Shown piece after piece: positions 29,560 to 39,679 of a stretch of 64,000 nt of DNA. The notes beneath the pieces were generated by a model that saw only the letters and a list, made by a program, of their open reading frames with translations, made no database searches and had not been told where the DNA came from. Position 1 is the first letter of the stretch. Each line of letters opens with the position of its first letter. The position numbers and the translations under genes were made by a program. This stretch comes from Candidatus Spongiisociaceae bacterium (lineage in GTDB: Bacteria; Actinomycetota; Acidimicrobiia; Spongiisociales; Spongiisociaceae). The stretch spans positions 4,224,001-4,288,000 of the forward strand of contig CBDCOH010000002.1 in assembly GCA_965219685.1 (NCBI GenBank). Reading direction: 5' to 3'.

Positions 29560-30479
29560 GTCAGCCTGCGGTAGCGCCAACCGACCAGGGCCATGCTGAG
29601 CACGGCGAGGCCGACCACCACGGCCAGGGACACGCCCGGGCCGAACCCGGCCTGGGCGGGTATCCACTCGGCTGACTCGTGGACCCCGAAGATCCAGTCC
29701 CGTATGTACCGGGGGTGCTGCTCGGTGGCCAGCAGGCTCGCCCAGCGGGTCCCGGGCGCGTCCTCGACGGCTTCCTGCATGAACAGCGCCACCAGGTTGA
29801 GTCCCAGCGATCCGGCCAGGAAGGCTGCGGCGGCGCCCCCCACCCGGTTGACGAAGGCGGCTGTCAGGAAGCTGAGGGAGGCGTGCAGCACGAAGTAGCC
29901 GAGCGCCGCCAGCGGGACCTGCCAGAGGATGTCGGTGGTCCGGCCGAGGTAGGAGAGGAAGCCTTCTTTGGAGAGGGCGGCCATCCCGAGGTGGAGGAGG
30001 AGTTGGGGGACCAGCCAGAAGCTGAGGATCACGGCGGCGTAGGCGAGCGCCTTGCCCAGGAGGTAGTCGCGGATGGCCAGCGGTCGTGAGAAGTAGACGT
30101 TGAGAACCCCGTCGGCCCGGTCGGGTATGAGCAGTTGCGCGCCCGCGTACGCGGCGAACAGCAGTGCCACCACGGAAATGAAGTCGAAGTACCCGCGGTA
30201 GCGGGGGACGAGATCGTCTGGACCCTCGGAGACGGGTATCTGGGACGTGGCCCACGAGATGGCCACCAGGACCACCACCGACGCCAGCGCCAGGACGATC
30301 AGAGCCCAGGGGAGCAGTTTGCGCTTCGCCTTGCGACGCAGCCCGATGACCCTGCGGAACCCCTCCCTCACGATGGCCCGGATGGCTCCGCGCCGACCCG
30401 TACGGGCCCCTTCGTAATGCCGGTAGCCGCGGTCGACGATGATCGCTTCGTCGCGAGCCTCGGCGCGGGGTTCAGCCAT
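29556..30479 (-). CDS. ABC-2 type permease
   Basis: DRGYRHYEG, DRADGVLNVYFSRPL...YLLGK, multi-TM. Confidence 0.85.
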   Translation of the reverse strand: MAEPRAEARDEAIIVDRGYRHYEGARTGRRGAIRAIVREGFRRVIGLRRKAKRKLLPWALIVLALASVVVLVAISWATSQIPVSEGPDDLVPRYRGYFDFISVVALLFAAYAGAQLLIPDRADGVLNVYFSRPLAIRDYLLGKALAYAAVILSFWLVPQLLLHLGMAALSKEGFLSYLGRTTDILWQVPLAALGYFVLHASLSFLTAAFVNRVGGAAAAFLAGSLGLNLVALFMQEAVEDAPGTRWASLLATEQHPRYIRDWIFGVHESAEWIPAQAGFGPGVSLAVVVGLAVLSMALVGWRYRRLT

Positions 30480-31413
30480 TCGCTTTCCTCGCCGCAGCAA
30501 GCAGGACATCTTCCAGGCGGCTCAGGCTGGTCCCCAGCCTCCGCACCGATGACCCGGACGACTCAAGACCGTCGCGCAACAGTTCGAAGGCGTCCTCCGA
30601 CGGGCTGGTGACGGTCACCACCGCACCCTCCAGCGTGACGTCGATGCCCCGGTGCGAGAGGGTGTCGACGAGCGGTCCGGGGTCGCCGAACACCTCCACG
30701 GACACCCGGTCCCCCTCGCCGGGAGGGTCGAGGGGCGCCGAGTGGATCATCTGTCCCACATCGAGCATCACCACCCAGTCGCAGGTCCGCTCGATGTCGT
30801 CGAGGATGTGGGACGAGAACAGCACGTTCATGCCGAAGCGGCGGAAGCGCCCTATCAACTCCAGCATCTGGTCCCGCCCGGCGGGGTCGAGCCCGGAAGC
30901 AGGCTCGTCGAGGAGGACCAGGTCCGGATCGTGGACAATGCTCTGGGCCAACTTCACACGCTGCTGCATCCCGGTCGAGAAGTCCCCGAGATAGCGGAAG
31001 CGCTCCTCGTGCAGTCCGACCAGGAAGAGTGTCTCCGACGCCCTCCGGCGGGCTTCGACCGGGGGGATACCCGCCAGTTCCGCGGCATACGCGACGAAAT
31101 CGGCGGCGGTCTGGTCGAGCGGGAGGCACCTGCCCTCGGGCATGTAGCCGATCCGCGCCCGCAGTCCGGCTGGATCGTCCTCCACAGCCTTACCGAATAC
31201 CGAGACCTCGCCGTACGTGGGCCTGATCAGGCCGAGTACCAGCCTGATGAGGGTGGTCTTGCCGGCCCCGTTGGCGCCTATCAGGCCCGTGACGCCGGGG
31301 GGGACATCCAGGTCGACCTCCTCGAGCGCCCGGATGTTCCCGTAGTGCTTGTACAGCCCGCGTGCCTCGATGATGGGCGCGTCGGCCTCCGGCAGCTTCG
31401 GTTGCCCGGTCAC
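30472..31413 (-). CDS. ABC transporter ATP-binding protein
   Basis: GANGAGKT, FSTGMQQR, LLDEPASGLDP; start approximate. Confidence 0.9.
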   Translation of the reverse strand: MTGQPKLPEADAPIIEARGLYKHYGNIRALEEVDLDVPPGVTGLIGANGAGKTTLIRLVLGLIRPTYGEVSVFGKAVEDDPAGLRARIGYMPEGRCLPLDQTAADFVAYAAELAGIPPVEARRRASETLFLVGLHEERFRYLGDFSTGMQQRVKLAQSIVHDPDLVLLDEPASGLDPAGRDQMLELIGRFRRFGMNVLFSSHILDDIERTCDWVVMLDVGQMIHSAPLDPPGEGDRVSVEVFGDPGPLVDTLSHRGIDVTLEGAVVTVTSPSEDAFELLRDGLESSGSSVRRLGTSLSRLEDVLLAAARKANG

Positions 31414-31754
31414 TGTCGGGTGGGTCCGGCGACCGCGCCTGGGTTCATCACGAAGTTCCTTTCGGGAGCAGTTCAAGTTGTTCGGGCCGTGACCGTCGGA
31501 TGAGCGGCGCGGGCATGAGCCTCACTGTTCATCGGATCGAGCGACTCGTCAATGGGGGATCACCCTCGCGAAACCCTGAGCCTCAAGGAACTTCGGGAGA
31601 CTTCCCCGGAGATGACCTTATCGTACCGACGCTGCTACCCGGACAGGCTCGCGATCGAGGCGGTTCGAGGTGTCGAACCAAAGGGATCCGGTGCCCCGGT
31701 AACCGGTCAGCAGGACCTACCGCTCCTGCTTTGTGGCGGGCATTCGCACCGGTA

Positions 31755-31979
31755 TCATCTCCCGTCCGTCTGTTTGGACGACCGGTCTGCGATCCACGCG
31801 CGAACCCGCGTCAGTACGTCCTTGGCCCATCTGAACTCGGTGGACCACAGGAGCAGGCCGGCCACGAGGAATACCGTGCCGGGAAGGACGGGCAGGGCGA
31901 AACCAGCCAAGCCGAGGAGGACGAGCAACCCTCCGGCGATAGCCACGAATGCCCTTCGGACGTTTCTCTGAACGTTCAT
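31755..31979 (-). CDS. Small membrane protein (PGPGW-like)
   Basis: Two TM helices, LPVLPG...GLLLWSTEFRWA. Confidence 0.7.
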   Translation of the reverse strand: MNVQRNVRRAFVAIAGGLLVLLGLAGFALPVLPGTVFLVAGLLLWSTEFRWAKDVLTRVRAWIADRSSKQTDGR

Positions 31980-32012
31980 CGCTTCTTACGGCGCTCCCTA
32001 CCTAGGCTCGTC

Positions 32013-33656
32013 TCAGCCGCGGCCTGCCGTCTCTACCTTCCGGTAGAGGGGTGATACCGATCCCAGGGTGGTTCCGGCGGGCACCGGAGCGCCGACCCAT
32101 CCCTGCTCCGCGACGGCTCCCGGAAGGCCCAGCATGGAATGGAGCCGTTGGGTGGTCACCGGGAGGTAGGGAGCCAGCGCCACTTTCAGGTGGTTGATGG
32201 CGTCCAGAGCGGTCTTCAGCACCGTTGCCGTGCGCTCGAGGTCCGTCTTGGCCGTCTTCCAGGGCTCGGTGGCGTTCAGGTAGGCGTTGATCTGCCCGGC
32301 GGTTTCCATGGAGCTCCGCAGTCCGGCCCTCAATTCGACCTTCTCGACGCGGTCGGCCACCCGGTCCAGGAGCTGCGTGGCTGCTAGCCGGACCGCGCGG
32401 TCCTCCGGCGCTTCGTCGCCGGGCTCGGGAATCCGGCCTCCGAAGTTGGACCGGGTCATCGACAGCACCCGGTTGACGAGGTTGCCCCAGGTGGCGACCA
32501 ACTCGTCGTTGATGCGGCGGTCGATTTCGTCCTCGGTCATCTCGGTGTCGCTGTTCTCCGGGAGGTTGGCGGCCAAGGCATAGCGGAGGGAGTCGGGTTC
32601 GTAGATGTCCAGCGCCCCGCCGACGGTGAGGCCGATTCCCCGGCTGGCCGATGCCTTGCCTCCCCGGAACGTAACGTACTGGTTGGCGGGAACGTTGGTT
32701 GGGAGTTCCAGGCCGCCGTAGCCGAGCAGCATGGCGGGCCAGATGATGGTGTGGAAGGGGATGTTGTCCTTGCCGATGAAGTAGTAGTGCTCGGCGTCGG
32801 GGTTCTCCCACCAGTCCTTCCACGCTTCGGGAGTTCCCTGGATCTGGGACCACTCCTTCGAGGCCGACAGGTAGCCGATCACCGCGTCGAACCAGACGTA
32901 GATCTTCTTGCCGGGTCCCAGACCCTCGACCGGGATGTCGATTCCCCAGTCGATGTCGCGTGTGATGGCCCGGTCCTGCAGCCCCTCCTCGATCCACCCG
33001 AGCGAGAAGTTGAGCACGTGCTTGCGCCAGCCTTTCCGGGAGTGCAGCCACTCCTCCAGCCGGTCGGAGAAGTCGGGCAGGCGCAGGTAGAAGTGGTCGG
33101 TCTTGCGGCTCACCGGGGTGGCGCCCGACAGCTTGGAGCGGGCGTCGATCAGGTCCACGGGATCGAGGGTCCGCCCGCACGAATCGCACTGGTCGCCCCG
33201 CGCCTCGCCGTACGCGCAATGCGGGCAGGTTCCCTCCACGTAGCGGTCGGGAAGGAAGCGACGCGACTCCGGATCGTAGAACTGTTCGGAGGTGCGCCGT
33301 TCGATGTATCCGTTCTCGTGCAGCGTGCGGAAGATGTCCTGGGTCACCTCGTGGTGGTTGGGAGTGCCGGTCATGGTGAACAGTTCCCACTGGATCGCCA
33401 GGTCCTCCCAGTTGGCCACGAACTCGGCGTGGTAGCGATCGACGATCTCCTGGGGCGTCACCCCTTCCTGGTCGGCCCGCACCGTGATCGGCGTCCCGTA
33501 CACGTCGCTCCCCGACACCATCAGGACCCGGTCACCGGCGAGCCGGTGGTAGCGGGCGAAGATGTCGGCCGGGAGGTAGGCGCCGGCCAGGTGGCCCAGA
33601 TGGCGCGATCCGGATGCGTAGGGCCAGGCGACGGAGACGAGGATATGTCGGTTCAT
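32013..33656 (-). CDS. metG: Methionine--tRNA ligase
   Basis: AWPYASGSRHLGH (HIGH), zinc knuckle CPHC...CDSC, IYVWFDA, GKDNIPFH, KASAS (KMSKS variant). Confidence 0.96.
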   Translation of the reverse strand: MNRHILVSVAWPYASGSRHLGHLAGAYLPADIFARYHRLAGDRVLMVSGSDVYGTPITVRADQEGVTPQEIVDRYHAEFVANWEDLAIQWELFTMTGTPNHHEVTQDIFRTLHENGYIERRTSEQFYDPESRRFLPDRYVEGTCPHCAYGEARGDQCDSCGRTLDPVDLIDARSKLSGATPVSRKTDHFYLRLPDFSDRLEEWLHSRKGWRKHVLNFSLGWIEEGLQDRAITRDIDWGIDIPVEGLGPGKKIYVWFDAVIGYLSASKEWSQIQGTPEAWKDWWENPDAEHYYFIGKDNIPFHTIIWPAMLLGYGGLELPTNVPANQYVTFRGGKASASRGIGLTVGGALDIYEPDSLRYALAANLPENSDTEMTEDEIDRRINDELVATWGNLVNRVLSMTRSNFGGRIPEPGDEAPEDRAVRLAATQLLDRVADRVEKVELRAGLRSSMETAGQINAYLNATEPWKTAKTDLERTATVLKTALDAINHLKVALAPYLPVTTQRLHSMLGLPGAVAEQGWVGAPVPAGTTLGSVSPLYRKVETAGRG

Positions 33657-33746
33657 GGGCCGCAGGGTAACGGAGGGGCAGGGTTACTCGCTAGCCGCGA
33701 TTCGCCCGACTCCGTGTCGGATCACCCTTCCGCCTACGATTGGAGC

Positions 33747-34463
33747 ATGAGGGTTGGGGTGGCCTTCCTGGCCGGGCTGGTGGCCACGCTGTTCTTCCTG
33801 GACCTGCTGCGCGCATACCGCCGGTCGCGGCGGCCGCACACCGCGGCCTACATGGCCGGAATCGGGTTCTTCGCCGTTGCGACCTGGGCGCTGTTCGCCG
33901 GTTCGGTCTTCGGTTGGACTTCGGCCAGCTACCGGGCCTTCTTCCTGTTCGGCGCCATCGTCAACATCCCGGTCCTGGCGCTGGGGTCGATGTTCCTGGT
34001 CGTCGGGCCGCGAGCCGGTCATGCCATGCTCCTGGCTCTGTTCCCCTTCTTCGCCATCTCGATACCGATGACCCTCGCGGAGCCGTTCGACGCCGGCTCC
34101 CTGCCGGCGGACGGGGTACCGGGCGGTCGGGAACTCTGGGCGGAGATGTTCGGCCCCCGGCTGTGGGCGGCGATCGGGGGCGGGATGGGAGCCACCATCA
34201 TCATCGTGCTCGCGCTGGTGTCGGTCGTCCGCTTCTGGCGCAGGAACCGCCGCTTGGTGTCGGGCAACATGCTGATCGTGGCGGGCACCCTGGCCGCCTC
34301 AACGGGGGGGACCATCCTGGCTCTCGGCATCGACTGGGGGTTTTCTGCCTCGCTGTTACTGGCGGCGACCCTCATCTGGGCAGGCTTCCGGGTAGCCGTA
34401 AGCGCCCGCCGCGCGGTGTCGATGTCATCTGGGCGGGAGGCAACTCCGGTCCGGCGGGATTGA
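33747..34463 (+). CDS. Hypothetical integral membrane protein
   Basis: About 7 TM segments; GW...YRAFFLFGAIVNIPVLALGS. Confidence 0.75.
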   Translation: MRVGVAFLAGLVATLFFLDLLRAYRRSRRPHTAAYMAGIGFFAVATWALFAGSVFGWTSASYRAFFLFGAIVNIPVLALGSMFLVVGPRAGHAMLLALFPFFAISIPMTLAEPFDAGSLPADGVPGGRELWAEMFGPRLWAAIGGGMGATIIIVLALVSVVRFWRRNRRLVSGNMLIVAGTLAASTGGTILALGIDWGFSASLLLAATLIWAGFRVAVSARRAVSMSSGREATPVRRD

Positions 34464-34504
34464 TCCTTAGCATGGAGTAGGCAGGGGCCCGCGCCAAGAT
34501 CTAT

Positions 34505-34540
34505 CTATTACTAATAGTTATAGGCCTATAATTTAATAGG
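34505..34540 (+). promoter_or_regulatory. AT-rich promoter/operator upstream of fic
   Basis: Perfect 14-bp palindrome TTATAGGCCTATAA (34518-31) overlapping TATAAT (34527-32). Confidence 0.55.
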
Positions 34541-34569
34541 GTCGAGTCCAGTTAAGGAAAACTGAACAG

Positions 34570-35736
34570 ATGGACCGCGGAGAGACGGGACGCTACGAGG
34601 TCACTTCTCACGGGGGCGAAAAGGTTCGCGCCTTCATCCCGGTACCGCTGCCGCCCGTACCCCCGCTCGTTCTAGACGGATCTCTCCTGCAGCTGCTGGA
34701 GGCCGCCAACCTCGCCCTCGGGCGTCTCGATGGGGTCACGACCCTGCTACCCGACAAGTCCCTCTTCCTGTATCACTACGTGCGCAAGGAAGCGTTACTC
34801 TCGTCACAGATTGAAGGAACGCAGTCTTCGCTCGCCGATCTATTACAGCACGAGCGGGACGACGCCCCGGGGGTCCCTAAAGACGACGTAGCCGAGGTTT
34901 CACGATATGTCGAGGCACTTGATCACGGTCTGAGGCGGCTCCGGGTCGACGACTTCCCGTTGTCGAACCGGCTGATCAGGGAAGTACACGGCATCCTGCT
35001 CTCGTCGGGGCGCGGTAGCAACCAGACGCCCGGCGAGTTCCGGCTCTCGCAAAACTGGATCGGCGGTACCCGGCCTGGTAACGCCGCCTTCGTCCCTCCT
35101 CCTCACGCTTGGGTGGAGGACTGCATGACAGCGCTGGAGAGCTTCCTCCACACGACCGACGACGGTCTACCGGTCCTCGTGCGGATCGGCCTGGCCCACG
35201 TGCAATTGGAGACCATTCACCCGTTTCTCGACGGCAACGGCCGGATCGGGCGGATGCTCATCACCTTCCTCCTCTGCCATGCCGGCGTGCTTCAGGACCC
35301 GCTTCTCTACCTGAGCCTGTATCTGAAGCAGAACCGCTCGGAGTACTACCGGTTACTCAGCGAGGTCCGATTCAACGGCAACTGGGAAGAATGGCTTGAG
35401 TTCTTCTTGATGGGCATCCTCGAGACGGCGGAGGCAGCCGTTTCTACAGCCCGGTACCTGAGCGAGTTGTTTGCTACGGACAAGGAGCGAATCTCGCAAC
35501 TCGGCCGCCAGGCCGGCTCCGCTCTGCGAGTTCACGAAGCGCTCATGGCGCTGCCTATCCGCAGCATTCCCGACGTGTCCAGGATCGCGGGGCTGTCGTT
35601 CCCCGGCGCGTCGGCGGGCATGCAACGCCTCGTCGACCTCGGGATAGCGAGGGAGATCACCGGAGGACGCCGTGGCCGTCTTTTCGTCTACACCGAGTAC
35701 CTGGGAATCCTGAGTGAGGGAACCGAACCTCTCTGA
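34570..35736 (+). CDS. Fic family protein (class II) with C-terminal HTH
   Basis: HPFLDGNGRIGR; N-terminal inhibitory SSQIEGT motif. Confidence 0.93.
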   Translation: MDRGETGRYEVTSHGGEKVRAFIPVPLPPVPPLVLDGSLLQLLEAANLALGRLDGVTTLLPDKSLFLYHYVRKEALLSSQIEGTQSSLADLLQHERDDAPGVPKDDVAEVSRYVEALDHGLRRLRVDDFPLSNRLIREVHGILLSSGRGSNQTPGEFRLSQNWIGGTRPGNAAFVPPPHAWVEDCMTALESFLHTTDDGLPVLVRIGLAHVQLETIHPFLDGNGRIGRMLITFLLCHAGVLQDPLLYLSLYLKQNRSEYYRLLSEVRFNGNWEEWLEFFLMGILETAEAAVSTARYLSELFATDKERISQLGRQAGSALRVHEALMALPIRSIPDVSRIAGLSFPGASAGMQRLVDLGIAREITGGRRGRLFVYTEYLGILSEGTEPL

Positions 35737-35792
35737 GCGATCCCCAACCGGGCCGTAGCCGGGCTTGCATCGTACTCACGATCCAGGGGGGC

Positions 35793-36935
35793 TCATGTCA
35801 CCATGAGGCGAGGCATACGGGCGGCTGGCTCGGCGTCCGCCGCATCCTCGAGGGCTTGCTGACCGGACCGGTTCTTGAGTTCCTCTATCCGGTCCAGTTG
35901 CCGCTCGAGTTGGTTGCGGCGGGTCGAGGACAGGTCGTCGAAGGCGGAGTTGAGCCGGCCCAGGTGCAGTCCCACCAGATCGAACTTCTTCACGTACCTC
36001 TGCCACTGGTCTGTGAATCCGCCCAGGTGGTCGAGGATCTCGCGGGACGACCTTTCCATGGCGAGTGTGTCCATGGCCTGGCGCACCAGTGCCAGCATGG
36101 CGAACAGCGTGGCCGGGGAGCAGATGACCACGCGGCTCTCGAGGGCCTCGTCGAACACTTTGCGGTGATGCTCGTGGATGAAGGCGTAGATGCCGTCGTT
36201 GGGAACGAACATCAGGACGTAGCCCACGGTGGTGACCGACTCCTTGTAGGCGTCTCGGGAAGCTAGCGTTCTCACGTGCCCGAGAACCGCGGTGCCGAAG
36301 TCCCGTAGTTCCTTCCGCCTCTCCAGGTCCGAGGTGGTCTCCACGTAGCGGGCATAGGCCTCGAGGGGGAACTTGACGTCCATGTGTAGCAACTGGCCGT
36401 CGGGAAGCAGGAAGGTGAAGTCGGGACGGGTCCCGGCCGCGGTGGTCCGCTGCTTGTGGTAGTTGATCCCCTCCACCATGCCGGCGGCCCGCAGGATGTC
36501 GTCGGCCATGCGCTCGCCCCACTGTCCCCTCGCTTGGCGGTTGACCAGGATGTCGTTCAGCCGCCGGGTGGAGCGCAGGAGGAGGTCCTGCTGCCGGGCG
36601 GCGTTGCGCAGGTTCTCGGTGAGCCCCGCATGCTGTGCCGCGCGCTCCTTCTGCAGCTCGGCGAACAGGTCGCGAAGTTCGTGTAGCTCCTCGTTGACCT
36701 TGGTGGTGACCCCGTCCCACTTCTGATCGATGATCGCCCGCTGGTGTTCGAGCTGGGCCCTCCCGGTTGCGAGGTGGGCCTGGAAGGTCCGGTCGGCCAC
36801 GCCCACCAGCCTCTCGAGCATGGCCTCGGGGTCGACGGCCGGTTCCGAGCGGCGCTGCCGGTCCCACGCCAGGGCGAACCCGATCGCGGTGAGCGCGGCG
36901 ATGACGAGTGCTGTGATGAGAAGGATTGTTTCCAT
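35793..36935 (-). CDS. rmuC: DNA recombination protein RmuC
   Basis: N-terminal TM, coiled coil, RGQWGE, RPD...DVKFPL, MFVPND, SPATL. Confidence 0.9.
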   Translation of the reverse strand: METILLITALVIAALTAIGFALAWDRQRRSEPAVDPEAMLERLVGVADRTFQAHLATGRAQLEHQRAIIDQKWDGVTTKVNEELHELRDLFAELQKERAAQHAGLTENLRNAARQQDLLLRSTRRLNDILVNRQARGQWGERMADDILRAAGMVEGINYHKQRTTAAGTRPDFTFLLPDGQLLHMDVKFPLEAYARYVETTSDLERRKELRDFGTAVLGHVRTLASRDAYKESVTTVGYVLMFVPNDGIYAFIHEHHRKVFDEALESRVVICSPATLFAMLALVRQAMDTLAMERSSREILDHLGGFTDQWQRYVKKFDLVGLHLGRLNSAFDDLSSTRRNQLERQLDRIEELKNRSGQQALEDAADAEPAARMPRLMVT

Positions 36936-37158
36936 ATGGAACATCGTACGGAGGGGGTGTGACAGATTGGTGGCAAACGGCCGAGCAGTCCCGCATCGGG
37001 CCAATTCGGGATCGGTGTCAGACACGCAGAGAGGCACCGGGGACTCCTCGCAGTTCCTGGACTCGGACCCCGGCGGCCGCTTCGTGAATAGCTTCCCTCG
37101 GCGTAAACGCGAGACGCAAGCAGCGCTGTGGAGGATGACAAATGATCCGATATTACGG

Positions 37159-37207
37159 TAACTACCGATTACTGACTCAAAACTAACGACTACCGACTAA
37201 CAACTAA
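37159..37207. repeat. Degenerate heptamer array (CGACTAC/CAACTAA-like)
   Basis: taactac cgattac tgactca aaactaa cgactac cgactaa caactaa. Confidence 0.65.
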
Positions 37208-37225
37208 TCATCTAGGCTGGGGTCG

Positions 37226-38188
37226 ATGTCGGTTCCCGCAGCCACCGTCGCCGACTCTCCGGTGCTCGGCCCCCCGGTCACCGCGCTGAGCGTCGCGTCG
37301 TACCTGCGGGCCGTTCCCACGGTGGACGAGGTGGGAGTGTCCGAGCGGGCCGGCGCTCTGTCCACCCGGTCGGTGAAGCGGGAGTCGAAGCTGGCCGCGC
37401 TCGATCTGGCCATCCGCATGTGCGACCTGACCACCCTCGAAGGCCGGGACACTCCCGGGAAGGTCATACAACTGGCCTCCAAGGCGGTCCGCCCGGACCC
37501 CGGCGATCCCACGATCCCGCCGGTGGCCGCCCTGTGCGTGTACCCGAACATGGTGCCGTACGCGGTGGAGGCCCTGCAGGGCAGCCGGGTGGCGGTGGCG
37601 TCCGTAGCCACCTACTTCCCGTCGGGACAGGCGCCCATCTCGGTCAAGACCGCCGATGTCTCCTGGGCAGTCGGGCAGGGCGCCGACGAGATCGACATGG
37701 TCATCGATCGGGGGGCCTTCCTGTCCGGCGACTACCTGAAGGTGTACGAGGAGGTGGTGGCGGTCAAGGAGGCCTGCGGAGGCGCCCACCTCAAGGTGAT
37801 CCTCGAGACCGGTGAGTTGAGCACCTACGACAACGTGCGCAGGGCGTCGATGCTGGCCATGGCGGCCGGCGCGGACTTCATCAAGACATCGACCGGCAAG
37901 ACGCCGTCGAACGCCACCCTCCCGGTGACGCTCGTGATGCTGGAGGCGATCCGCGACTTCTACACGGCGACGGGCCGGGCGGTCGGCATGAAGCCGGCCG
38001 GGGGGATCAGCACCGCCAAGGTCGCCATCCGCTACCTGGTGCTGCTCTCGGAGACGCTGGGAGCGTCCTGGCTTTCCCCGTACCGGTTCCGGTTCGGAGC
38101 CTCCAGCCTCCTCAACGATCTTCTCATGCAGATCCGGTGGCTCCGCGAGGGCCGTTACCAATCGCCCGACTACTTCACCAAGGACTGA
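37226..38188 (+). CDS. deoC: Deoxyribose-phosphate aldolase
   Basis: DLTTLEG, GADEIDMVI, LKVILETGEL, FIKTSTGK, KPAGGI, RFGASSLL. Confidence 0.95.
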   Translation: MSVPAATVADSPVLGPPVTALSVASYLRAVPTVDEVGVSERAGALSTRSVKRESKLAALDLAIRMCDLTTLEGRDTPGKVIQLASKAVRPDPGDPTIPPVAALCVYPNMVPYAVEALQGSRVAVASVATYFPSGQAPISVKTADVSWAVGQGADEIDMVIDRGAFLSGDYLKVYEEVVAVKEACGGAHLKVILETGELSTYDNVRRASMLAMAAGADFIKTSTGKTPSNATLPVTLVMLEAIRDFYTATGRAVGMKPAGGISTAKVAIRYLVLLSETLGASWLSPYRFRFGASSLLNDLLMQIRWLREGRYQSPDYFTKD

Positions 38189-38191
38189 CCC

Positions 38192-39679
38192 GTGCCGGAC
38201 CGGACACCAGCCACCCCTGAGGGACCCGAGATAGTCCCGACCGGCCTCGACTACGTCGAGTCCCGTGAGTCCACCGAGGTCGTCTCCATCGAAGACAGCT
38301 ACGACCTGTGGATAGGTGGGGAACCGTCCCCGCCCACCGCCAGCCGCTACTTCCCGTCCGTGAACCCGGCCACCGAGAACACCCTCAGCCGGGTCGCCGA
38401 GGCCGGTGCCGAGGATGTGGACCGGGCGGTGGCGGCGGCGAGGGACGCCTACTCCGGGGTCTGGGGAGGGATGGACGGCGCGGAGCGATCCAAGTACCTG
38501 TTCCGGCTGGCCAGGATGCTCCAGGAGCGGTCGCGCGAGTTCGCCGTGCTCGAGACCCTCGACGGGGGCAAACCGATCAAGGAGTCGCGCGACGTCGACC
38601 TCCCCCTGGCCGCGGCCCACTTCTTCTACTACGCCGGATGGGCCGACAAGTTGGAGTACGCGTTCCCCGGCCTCGACGCGACGCCTCTGGGGGTGGCGGG
38701 CCAGGTGATCCCCTGGAACTTCCCGATGCTGATGCTCGCCTGGAAGGTTGCGCCCGCCCTCGCCACCGGCAACACGGTGGTGCTGAAGCCGGCGGAGACC
38801 ACCCCTCTCAGCGCGCTGGCCTTCGCGCGACTCGCGTCCGAGGCGGGTCTGCCTCCAGGTGTCCTCAACATCGTCACCGGCGACGGCAGGGCGGGCGCAG
38901 AGTTGGTGGCCCACCCGGGGGTGGACAAGGTGGCTTTCACCGGCTCCACCGAGGTCGGCAAGATCATCCAGCGGAAGCTGGCCGGCACCGGCAAGCGGCT
39001 GACACTGGAACTCGGCGGCAAGGCGCCGCACGTGATATTCGACGACGCGCCGCTCGACCAGGCTATCGAGGGGGTCATCAACGGGATCTTCTTCAACCAG
39101 GGCCACGTGTGCTGCGCCGGGAGCCGCCTGCTCGTACAGGAGTCGGTCTACGACACCCTCATGGACAAGCTCAAGGTACGCCTGGCGAGCCTGAGAGTGG
39201 GGGATCCGCTCGACAAGAACACCGATGTGGGCGCGATCAACAGCAGGGCCCAGCTGGAGCGGATCACGGACCTCGTGGAGGTCGGCGTGGCGGAGGGCGC
39301 CGAGATGTACCAGCCCCCCTGCGAGCTACCCGACCGGGGCTACTGGTTCGCTCCCACGCTCTTCACCGGCGTATCGCAGAGCCACCTGATCGCCCGGGAG
39401 GAGATCTTCGGCCCGGTGTTGTCGATCATGACGTTCCGCACCCCTGCCGAAGCTGTGGAAAAGGCCAACAACACCCCCTACGGGCTGTCCGCCGGGGTGT
39501 GGACCACCAAGGGATCCCGGATCCTCTGGATGGCGGACCGCCTGAAGGCCGGGGTGGTGTGGGCAAACACCTACAACAAGTTCGATCCCTCCTCCCCGTT
39601 CGGGGGCTTCCAGGAGTCGGGCTTCGGTCGGGAGGGTGGCCGCCACGGCCTGCTCCCCTACCTGCGGGGTGGCGCGTGA
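38192..39679 (+). CDS. Aldehyde dehydrogenase
   Basis: IPWNFP, FTGSTEVG, LELGGK, FFNQGHVCCAG, EEIFGPV. Confidence 0.95.
   Translation: MPDRTPATPEGPEIVPTGLDYVESRESTEVVSIEDSYDLWIGGEPSPPTASRYFPSVNPATENTLSRVAEAGAEDVDRAVAAARDAYSGVWGGMDGAERSKYLFRLARMLQERSREFAVLETLDGGKPIKESRDVDLPLAAAHFFYYAGWADKLEYAFPGLDATPLGVAGQVIPWNFPMLMLAWKVAPALATGNTVVLKPAETTPLSALAFARLASEAGLPPGVLNIVTGDGRAGAELVAHPGVDKVAFTGSTEVGKIIQRKLAGTGKRLTLELGGKAPHVIFDDAPLDQAIEGVINGIFFNQGHVCCAGSRLLVQESVYDTLMDKLKVRLASLRVGDPLDKNTDVGAINSRAQLERITDLVEVGVAEGAEMYQPPCELPDRGYWFAPTLFTGVSQSHLIAREEIFGPVLSIMTFRTPAEAVEKANNTPYGLSAGVWTTKGSRILWMADRLKAGVVWANTYNKFDPSSPFGGFQESGFGREGGRHGLLPYLRGGA

Noticed and set aside
31680-31757. Cobalamin riboswitch (CCGGTGCGAAT-like on the minus strand)
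   Set aside because: The GGGAA and GCCACTG B12-box elements were not found in the right arrangement; retained only as a generic structured candidate.
32751-33746. Long antisense ORFs (e.g. 32751-34463 N-part, 37208-39106, 41686-43467, 58718-60286)
   Set aside because: Shadow frames opposite well-supported genes in high-GC DNA.
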